In this document: in pieces, positions 57,176 through 64,000 of the stretch
How positions within the stretch are numbered: the first letter of the stretch is position 1
Layout of the letters: each line of letters begins with the position of its first letter
NCBI GenBank assembly: GCA_965203355.1
Contig: OZ241889.1
Coordinates: forward strand, 2,208,001-2,272,000
From: Candidatus Latescibacterota bacterium
GTDB lineage: Bacteria > Latescibacterota > UBA2968 > UBA8231
Direction: 5' to 3'
DNA: 64,000 nucleotides
The notes under the pieces: generated by a model
What the model was told of the DNA's origin: nothing
Databases searched by the model: none
What the model saw: the letters and a program-made list of their open reading frames with translations, nothing else
Made by a program: the position numbers and the translations under genes

Positions 57176-58627
57176 CTGTTATTTGCCATCGTAAAACGCG
57201 AACTGATCGACCACCTCCTCAGCCTGCGCTTTGGCTTAGCTCTCGTGCTAACAGTGGGATTCATGGTGCTCAACGCGCTCAGCTTTGTCGGCGGCTCCTA
57301 CGAGTTTCGCCGCGACCACTATCTCCAGCAGGTCCAAGCCCAGCGAGAAGTGGGGCGCAGCCATGCCCAACGGGGCCTGTGGAAGTTGATTCTTCACGGG
57401 AGGCAGGACTATATCTACAAAAAACCCAGCCCCCTCATGTTCTGCGCCACCGGAGCCAACGACGTCCTGCCCGAACGGCTGTGGACCCAAGGCGAAGAAA
57501 ATACCTACAATAACACCGCATTCTACGATCCCTTTGTCCTGATCTATTGGGACATCATCGACATCTGGGCCCCCAAGGCGAGCCAACTGCTGGAGACCCA
57601 AGCCATGGACTGGGTCTTTATCGTCGGCGGTCTCTTGAGCCTCATGGCCTTGTTGTTCACCTTTGACGCCTTCATCGGCGAAAAGGAGCGCGGCACCCTC
57701 AAATTGGTCATGGCCCAGAGCCTGCCGCGTCACACCTTGCTGTTGGGCAAGTTCCTCGGCGCGATGCTGGTGCTTGCCCTCGTGCTGAGTCTCGCCGTTG
57801 TGGTCAACCTGCTTCTCATCCTCGCCCTGTCGCAGGTGAACTTGGGCCTGGTCGAGGCCGGGCGCATCGTCGGCATGGTCGGCTTAGGGCTTTTATATTT
57901 GGCTTGCTTCGTCGGGTTGGGGCTGTGGGTGTCGATACGCAGCAGCACGACCAGTTCCAGTCTAGTGGGTGTGCTGTTGCTGTGGACTTGTGGGGTGTTG
58001 CTCTGGCCGGCGACCGGCGGCGCGTTAGCGGCCCGCGTGTTCGTCCGCGAATTTGAGGAGGAATTGGTGCTAGGGTTGGGCTTTGCAAACCATAACGCGC
58101 CAGTTCAGCAAAAACTCTTTGACCTTAAGAACCGTTTGCGGAACCGCGATTTGCGCAATCCCGACCAGGTGCGCCAGTTGGCCGACGCCCAGCGCGCCGT
58201 GCGCCAATTTCACCAAGATCGCGAAGATCGCTTTTTAGCCTACAGCCTCGGCGAGGTCGAAAACGCCCGCCACATCGTGCGCCTGTCGCCGACCGGCTGC
58301 TTCCAATACGGCATGGAGGCCCTCGCCGGCACTGGCCTAGCGCGCCACAAAAGTTTTGTCGAGCAGGTGCGTACTTACGTCCAGCAGTTTGAGCAGACCA
58401 TGCTAAACCGCGACCGCGACGATCCTAAAAGCATGCACATCCCCCTCGTTGCTCAAGGGCTGTCGCGGCAAAAAATGGACTCGGACACCTTGCCCGTTTT
58501 CACCGAAGACCTGTCGGCGACGACCTTGCTGCGCCACGCGGTCGTGGATGTAGTCGGGCTAGGCTTCTTCGCCATGTTCACCTATATGCTGGCCTATCGG
58601 GCGTGGCTGCGGGCCAGTATCGTCTAG
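57176..58627 (+). CDS. ABC-2 type permease; start codon reads CTG
   Basis: AAGGAG RBS, 8 nt, then CTG-LFAIVKRELIDHLLSLRF (parallel to the N-terminus of the upstream permease); GEKERGTLKL motif. Confidence 0.75.
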   Translation: MLFAIVKRELIDHLLSLRFGLALVLTVGFMVLNALSFVGGSYEFRRDHYLQQVQAQREVGRSHAQRGLWKLILHGRQDYIYKKPSPLMFCATGANDVLPERLWTQGEENTYNNTAFYDPFVLIYWDIIDIWAPKASQLLETQAMDWVFIVGGLLSLMALLFTFDAFIGEKERGTLKLVMAQSLPRHTLLLGKFLGAMLVLALVLSLAVVVNLLLILALSQVNLGLVEAGRIVGMVGLGLLYLACFVGLGLWVSIRSSTTSSSLVGVLLLWTCGVLLWPATGGALAARVFVREFEEELVLGLGFANHNAPVQQKLFDLKNRLRNRDLRNPDQVRQLADAQRAVRQFHQDREDRFLAYSLGEVENARHIVRLSPTGCFQYGMEALAGTGLARHKSFVEQVRTYVQQFEQTMLNRDRDDPKSMHIPLVAQGLSRQKMDSDTLPVFTEDLSATTLLRHAVVDVVGLGFFAMFTYMLAYRAWLRASIV

Positions 58628-58630
58628 CTT

Positions 58631-58658
58631 GGTGGCTGGTGGCCGGTGGTCCGTAGCC
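58631..58658. repeat. Heptamer repeat (GGTGGYY)3-CGTAGCC, inverted relative to 54424-54451
   Basis: Its reverse complement matches 54424-54451 at 22 of 28 positions (hand count). Confidence 0.6.
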
Positions 58659-58679
58659 AATCGCAGCGAGAGAAACGCT

Positions 58680-58913
58680 ATGCAAGCGACACTTTACACA
58701 GACGACAGCGCGTATTTCATCCGCTTGGGCAATGGCTTGGTACTCGGCTGGTGGTGTGCGGAGGAGGGATGGAACAAGTGCCGGACCGAATTGCCGAGCG
58801 GGGCTACACAGATCGACTTCACGGCCCTGCCGAAGGCCCTGCGCGAAGAAGTGCTGGCGGTTTTGGCGCGTGCCGCCGCGCTGCCGGGGGGTATGGGCGG
58901 GGTGAACAACTGA
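58680..58913 (+). CDS. Small hypothetical protein (77 aa)
   Basis: GAGAG RBS; plausible globular composition; no family recognised. Confidence 0.6.
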   Translation: MQATLYTDDSAYFIRLGNGLVLGWWCAEEGWNKCRTELPSGATQIDFTALPKALREEVLAVLARAAALPGGMGGVNN

Positions 58914-59144
58914 ATTGCGCGTCACTTGCGAGAGACCCGGACCGCCGCTAGCCGCTTCGCCTTGCCGCACCCGATAAGCTTGGTCCAGACCGATTTCCTG
59001 TTGCAGGATCGCGGCCGGATTTTGGTTGTGGGCGATTTGTCGCAGACGTGCGGCCATGCGCTGGGTATCGGCCGCGGACGGCCGCGCTTGTTCGGGAGCA
59101 CAGGCGGCTAGGGACACGACGAAGGCGAGAGTCGAGTAAAACAT
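58914..59144 (-). pseudogene. Remnant of a lipoprotein gene, possibly an internally deleted CRTAC1/ASPIC-UnbV family gene
   Basis: Lipobox LAAC, then TQRMAARLRQIA, abutting LDQAYRVRQGE. Confidence 0.35.
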
Positions 59145-59151
59145 TATAGCA

Positions 59152-62100
59152 TTATAGCGTTCCTGTGATCGTCGAGCCGCTCGCGGCGGCTTTGGCCGCC
59201 ATGAGTTGGGCGACGAGATCGTCGAGGCGGGTGCGCGCTGTCGTTAGATCGGCTGGTGTGAAACGCACGAGACGCGCTTCGTCTAAGTCGGCGAAGTACA
59301 GCATGGCGCGGTATTCGCCTTGGCTTGGGTGGAGGGCCTGCAAGCAGAGCGCGTACATTTCCAACTGGAGGCGGTAGTGCTGTACAGCCGCTGCTAAATT
59401 TGCGCGGTGGCCGGTCTTGTAATCGACCAATTCCCACAGTCCGTCCGGCCCGCGCCCCATGTAATCAACCACGCCATGGACTAACCCGCGCTCCAGCGAG
59501 AGCGCAAAGCGCACTTCGGTGCGGGCCTCTGTATGGGTGCGCCAGTGCGCTGCTAAGGGCGATTGGCGACAGCGGCGCAACAGAGCGGCCAACTCGCGCT
59601 CAAACGAGGCGCGATAGGATGCGATGGGCCGCGTGGTGGCGGCGACGAGATCGGCGACCAGGGCCGCGAGGTCGGCGTCTGGGTCGTTGCTTAGGGCTTC
59701 TATACCGGCGTGTGCTAACTGGCCAAAGAGCATGGCGCGGCGGCGTGGGGCGTCTGGTTGGCCGAGCGGCCACGGCGGCAGGCCCAGCCCGTACTGGCGA
59801 TGGTGCGCGGCCGGATCGGCGGCAAATAGGACCAACTCGCTGGCGGCAAATTCGGGCCGGTCTTGGGGATCGTCGAGCGGCGACAACCGATCCAACGTTG
59901 GTTCGGCTGCTGGGGGTGCGGTGTCGAGGGCGCGAAAGGCAGGCTCGGCCCGGTGATCTGGGGTCGCGGGACTTGGGAAGGCACCGGGGTCGGTGTAGAT
60001 GGGCAAGGGGGATGGCACATCGGCGACTACCTTGGTGCCGCGTGCTAGGTCGGCTTCTGTCAATGCTAAGCTGCCGCAAATCCAACCGAGACAGTCCGCG
60101 GCCGCGTCGAGGTCGGCGTCGAGGTGCTTGTCGGTCAGTGCGCCGCCGAGCAGCAAGTGATCGCGGGCGCGCGTACAAGCCACGTACAACAGGCGCTTCT
60201 CTTCGGCGCGCTGGCGGCGGCTGGCGTTGCGATTGATGAGGGTGCGGATAAAAGAAGCGGTCCTTTTGTAATCCTGTTCGGGGTCGAGGACGCGCAAGCC
60301 GAGGCCCTTTTCCGCGTCGATGAGCGCCGGGGCGCTGTTTTGCACGTTAAATCGCGCGGCCAAGTCGGGCACGACGACGATGGGAAACTCCAAGCCCTTG
60401 GCGGCATGGACGGTCAGGATGTGCAAGGCGTCTGCATCGAGGATGGCTTCGCCTTCTTGCTGTTCTTCATCGGTCAGCAAGCCGAGGCGGGCGACGAAAT
60501 CGGCGAGTGGGCCGCGGAATTGACGGGCGAGGTCGAGGAGCTTACTCACGTTGGCCACCGTCTGATCGCCGCGCTCGCCATAGCAGAGAAAGCCCCAAGC
60601 CCCGGTGTCTTCGAGGATGGCGTGCAGCAGCTCGACGAGGGGTACGCGGTCGCGCAACGCGCCCCAGCGCTGGAGTCGGGCGACCGCGTCTGTGGCGGCC
60701 TCTTGGTCCGCTGGAGCGAGGCGGGGGTGCTGCCCGGCGTCCGCGAGATTTTTGGCGAGCCGACTGCCGTCGGGCGCGGTCAGCGCGTACAGGGCGTTAT
60801 CCGAGAGACCAAAATACGGCGAACGCAACGCGCCCATCAGGGCGATGTCATCGCCGGGATTGCACAGGACGCGGAGGATATTGGCTAGGTCGTAGATTTC
60901 TTGGCGCTGGTAGAAGCCTTGTCCGCCGGCCACTTGGAACGGGATGCCGCAGGATCGCAGCGCGTCTTCGTACGCGAAGAGATAGCGGCGGCGGCGCAGG
61001 AGCAGGGCGATGTCCCCGGGGACGGGTGGGCGCAAGCCATCTTGGTCGGCAACTTGCAGGTCGTTGCCCGCTAGCAGGTGGCTCAGACGGCGGGCGACCA
61101 ATTCGGCTTCGCGCAGCGCGGTCGCCGTGGCGTCGCGGCTGTCATCCGGCGGCAAGAGCAAAAGCTCGACCGAACCTGCACTGGCGCTCGTGGGGCGGCA
61201 CCCGATGAGCGGGTCATAGCCGACTTGAAAAGGCTCGTCTGGGACCGCTTGCATAAACTGGGGAAAGAGTGCGTTGACAAAGGCAACGGGCTGGGCGAGG
61301 GTGCGGAAGTTTTCGCCCATGACGAGCGCACCGAGCCGCTCGGTGGCGGAAGCGTTGAGGAGCTCGCCGTTGTCGCAAAAGGGCCGGGCCGCACGCTCGT
61401 GCGCGGCGTTGGCCGCGGCCATGGCGTCGCGGACGCGGGCAAATACGGTGACGTCCGCCGCGCGGAACGAGTAAATCGACTGCTTGGGATCGCCGACGAT
61501 GAAGAGTTTGTCGCCGGCCATGCGCCCGCCCGGCGACGCCAGTGCGCGGATGATTTCCCACTGCAAGGGGTCGGTGTCTTGGAATTCGTCGATCAGCGCG
61601 AAGCGATAGTGTTGGGCCAAGCGGTGGCCAATGTCTGCGTTAGTGGCGATGAGTTGGTGGCTTTTTTCTAAGAGGTCGTCCATGTCCAGCATGCGGCCGT
61701 TGCCTTTGCTGCTTTCACAGCGTGCATCGGCGCGGAGGAAAACACGCGACAGGGCGGGCAGGACGGCGGCGGCGCGCTCGTCGGCCGCGCTGAGTTCGAG
61801 GCTGAGGAGGTCGGTGTGCGGGGCTAAGCAGCGTCCCAAGGCGGGCACGAGCTGGCGGACGCGGGCGAGGGTGGCTTCCTCCCAGTTGGCCTGCTTGCCG
61901 AGGCGGCTGCCGCTCAGGGGTTTGCCATTAGTCAAAAGCCCCTCGGCTAGGCCGGGGAGGATGGCTAAAGCCTCGTCGGGCGGGGGCGTTTGGCTCAGCC
62001 GGCGCATGGCGTCGCGCAGCGGATTTAGTCGCTCAGCAGCCGAATCGCGCGCAGCGGTTAGGGGCGAGAGCGCGGCAAGTTCTGCGAGCATCGCGGTGAA

Positions 62101-62778
62101 GTGGGGGTCGTCGAGCAGGGCGCGGCACGCTGGAGCGCAGGCTGCTTGCTGCATCCTGCGCCAGTCGCTGAGGATTTGGTCGGGCGCTTGATCGGCATAG
62201 CGGCGACACCACGCGCGGGCGTGGTGCTTTTGGGCCAGCAGGTGTTCCAAAACCTGTTCGAGATAGCGGCGCGGCCATTCGGCCAAGGTGCGGCGCAGGG
62301 CCTCTTGGTCCGGGTCGGAGTCGCGGGCTAGGGCTTCGAGGGTTTGGCGCACGGCTTGGTAGCGGAGTTGCGCCGCATCGACTCCCTCTAAGACCGCGAA
62401 GGCCGGATCCACGTCTGCTTCAATGGGATACTCGCGCAGCAGGGCGGCACAAAAGGCGTGGATGGTGGAAATGCGCGCGGCGGGCAGATCTTGGCGGATC
62501 TGTCGCAGGCGCTGTCGCTCGGGCTCGGGCAGCTCTTGGTCGAGGGCGTCGGCCAACCGCCGGGCAATGCGCTCGCGCATTTCGGCCGCGGCCTTTTGGG
62601 TGAACGTGATGGCCAGCACTTGGCGCACGCTGATTGCGGGATGTTGGCGCAACAGTTCGATGTAGCGCTCGACTAGCGTTGCGGTCTTGCCGGCCCCGGC
62701 ACTGGCGGTGACCGCGATGTTGCGCTGGCTGTCGAGGGCCATGCGCTGGACTGGCGTCAGGGGGACGGCGCGTTTCAC
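59152..62778 (-). CDS. addA: AddA-like UvrD helicase with PD-(D/E)XK nuclease domain
   Basis: ASAGAGKT, ITFT.KAA.EM, DEFQDT, VGDPKQSIY.FR, TVHAAKGLEF, LYVA.TRA and DYKTG motifs. Confidence 0.92.
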   Translation of the reverse strand: MKRAVPLTPVQRMALDSQRNIAVTASAGAGKTATLVERYIELLRQHPAISVRQVLAITFTQKAAAEMRERIARRLADALDQELPEPERQRLRQIRQDLPAARISTIHAFCAALLREYPIEADVDPAFAVLEGVDAAQLRYQAVRQTLEALARDSDPDQEALRRTLAEWPRRYLEQVLEHLLAQKHHARAWCRRYADQAPDQILSDWRRMQQAACAPACRALLDDPHFTAMLAELAALSPLTAARDSAAERLNPLRDAMRRLSQTPPPDEALAILPGLAEGLLTNGKPLSGSRLGKQANWEEATLARVRQLVPALGRCLAPHTDLLSLELSAADERAAAVLPALSRVFLRADARCESSKGNGRMLDMDDLLEKSHQLIATNADIGHRLAQHYRFALIDEFQDTDPLQWEIIRALASPGGRMAGDKLFIVGDPKQSIYSFRAADVTVFARVRDAMAAANAAHERAARPFCDNGELLNASATERLGALVMGENFRTLAQPVAFVNALFPQFMQAVPDEPFQVGYDPLIGCRPTSASAGSVELLLLPPDDSRDATATALREAELVARRLSHLLAGNDLQVADQDGLRPPVPGDIALLLRRRRYLFAYEDALRSCGIPFQVAGGQGFYQRQEIYDLANILRVLCNPGDDIALMGALRSPYFGLSDNALYALTAPDGSRLAKNLADAGQHPRLAPADQEAATDAVARLQRWGALRDRVPLVELLHAILEDTGAWGFLCYGERGDQTVANVSKLLDLARQFRGPLADFVARLGLLTDEEQQEGEAILDADALHILTVHAAKGLEFPIVVVPDLAARFNVQNSAPALIDAEKGLGLRVLDPEQDYKRTASFIRTLINRNASRRQRAEEKRLLYVACTRARDHLLLGGALTDKHLDADLDAAADCLGWICGSLALTEADLARGTKVVADVPSPLPIYTDPGAFPSPATPDHRAEPAFRALDTAPPAAEPTLDRLSPLDDPQDRPEFAASELVLFAADPAAHHRQYGLGLPPWPLGQPDAPRRRAMLFGQLAHAGIEALSNDPDADLAALVADLVAATTRPIASYRASFERELAALLRRCRQSPLAAHWRTHTEARTEVRFALSLERGLVHGVVDYMGRGPDGLWELVDYKTGHRANLAAAVQHYRLQLEMYALCLQALHPSQGEYRAMLYFADLDEARLVRFTPADLTTARTRLDDLVAQLMAAKAAASGSTITGTL

Positions 62779-64000
62779 GACAAGGTCCTCATGCGCTGGG
62801 GATCGAGGCGACAGCTTTGTCGATACGGGCAGTGCGGGCAGATTTTGGCTGGGTCGTGGGTCGTAACGCGGAAGACCCCGCGGCGCATGGCGCGCACGTA
62901 CGATAGGACGAAGCCGCGCACGGCGTCGAGGCGCTGCCGATAGGCCTCGGGGTCGTAGATGCCAGCGCGACCGCTGGCGACATAGGCTGTATTGCGATGG
63001 GTGGCATCGGCGAACAGCCCGCTGCGGCCGCAGTCCTCTAAGTCGCGGAGCATCAGGTACGCGGCTCCAGCCCCGTGGCGCAGCTCAAGTTCCTCGAACA
63101 GGGATTCAGCCGCTAGCAAGTAGAGCGGAAGCTGGAGGTTAAGGCCGATGTCAATATCGGCTACCGCGGGCGCGCGGCCGGTCTTGTAGTCGAAGACGAC
63201 GAAGCGGCCATCGGCCGTGCGGTCGATGCGGTCGATCTTGCCGGAGAGCCGCACCTCGTCTCCGCTTTCTGAATCGCTGATGGCATAGGGCGTGGTGGTC
63301 GATTGCGGGTCGCCTTCTCCCATGCCAGGGTAGCTGCCAAAGCTCAGCTCGAAATGGGTTGGCATGGCCGGATTCGCCGCGGCCGCTTGCTGGCCGAGGA
63401 AGCGGGGCAAAACGCCCTCGCGCCCCCCGTGGTCGTCGCCGAGCAGACGCTCTAACTCCCGCTCCCAGAAAAAGCCCGTAAGCCGCATTTCATCGGCGAC
63501 TTGGCGGCCTTGGCGGCGCAGTTCCGCGATGTTTTCAGCTAAGTTTTCCGCGCGCTCGGCTGCTTGGCCGTGCGCCGCATAGAAACGATAGAGGATGCGG
63601 TGGACGAGGTTGCCGCGCTTGCGTGCTGAGCCGTCGTCGTCCGGGTCGCGGAGGGGCTGGAGGTTGAGCAGTTCTTGGGCAAAAAACCGGAAGGGACAGC
63701 GGCCGTACAACTCCAATTGGGTCGCGGAAAAAGAATGGCCCGCGCCGAGACGGGTGCGCAGCATGTCGATTAGCTGGGGATCGTCGAGTACGCCTTCGTG
63801 GCGGCCTAAACGCTCGGGCGTTGTGCGCCATGCAGCGAGGTGCAAGCCGCGCACGAGGTGCCGCAGCGCGGTGGCGCGCTCGTCGAGTTGGGCGGCTTGG
63901 CGGTAGCGTCCGAGGGCATCGCGCGCTGCGTTGGAGCCTTGCTCGGCGCACAGGCCGCGCCCCAAGGCGAGGTGCCACTCGGCCAGGGTCTCGGTAGCCG
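62775..64000 (-). CDS. addB: AddB-like PD-(D/E)XK nuclease with Fe-S cysteines (partial, 5' end outside window)
   Basis: SATQLE.Y..CPF, G.IDRID, DYKTG, QLPLY and CPHCPY...C motifs; 4-nt overlap with addA. Confidence 0.88.
   Translation of the reverse strand, partial: ATETLAEWHLALGRGLCAEQGSNAARDALGRYRQAAQLDERATALRHLVRGLHLAAWRTTPERLGRHEGVLDDPQLIDMLRTRLGAGHSFSATQLELYGRCPFRFFAQELLNLQPLRDPDDDGSARKRGNLVHRILYRFYAAHGQAAERAENLAENIAELRRQGRQVADEMRLTGFFWERELERLLGDDHGGREGVLPRFLGQQAAAANPAMPTHFELSFGSYPGMGEGDPQSTTTPYAISDSESGDEVRLSGKIDRIDRTADGRFVVFDYKTGRAPAVADIDIGLNLQLPLYLLAAESLFEELELRHGAGAAYLMLRDLEDCGRSGLFADATHRNTAYVASGRAGIYDPEAYRQRLDAVRGFVLSYVRAMRRGVFRVTTHDPAKICPHCPYRQSCRLDPQRMRTLS

Noticed and set aside
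59152-64000. Cas4 or defence helicase-nuclease
   Set aside because: The coupled AddB-AddA arrangement with standard motifs indicates ordinary recombination repair.

Overview
A 64 kb GC-rich bacterial chromosome segment from a diderm: it carries Lnt, LptE, DsbD and a large surface protein with a FlgD/T9SS-like C-terminal tail. The gene repertoire would fit a Latescibacterota/FCB-type organism, possibly host-associated, but that is inference only. Recognisable housekeeping genes are radC, mnmG, lipA, ctpA, coaX, rarA, ribB, gnd, pgi and addA/addB-like. Main points of interest: (1) the right end of a low-GC island (1-2850) with a three-gene membrane operon (coiled-coil/TM protein, VWA-like protein, MotA/ExbB-like protein), preceded by a promoter and a multi-stem ~130-nt RNA that begins at the predicted +1, and bordered by a displaced manC 3' fragment; (2) an in-frame Lnt-TatC fusion; (3) a GntR/FadR-controlled modular corrinoid/folate methyl-transfer cluster (11.9-24 kb), interrupted by a higBA remnant and a tandem-duplicated RHH/coiled-coil cassette; (4) a 1413-aa mosaic surface protein with a G17 tract that puts its true start out of frame (candidate phase variation), followed by tandem spare 3'-end-plus-terminator cassettes; (5) a decaying three-gene ABC-permease cassette bracketed by inverted heptamer repeats. 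I recognised no rRNA, tRNA, CRISPR array, transposase or integrase. All family calls come from motif recognition by eye; no searches were run.
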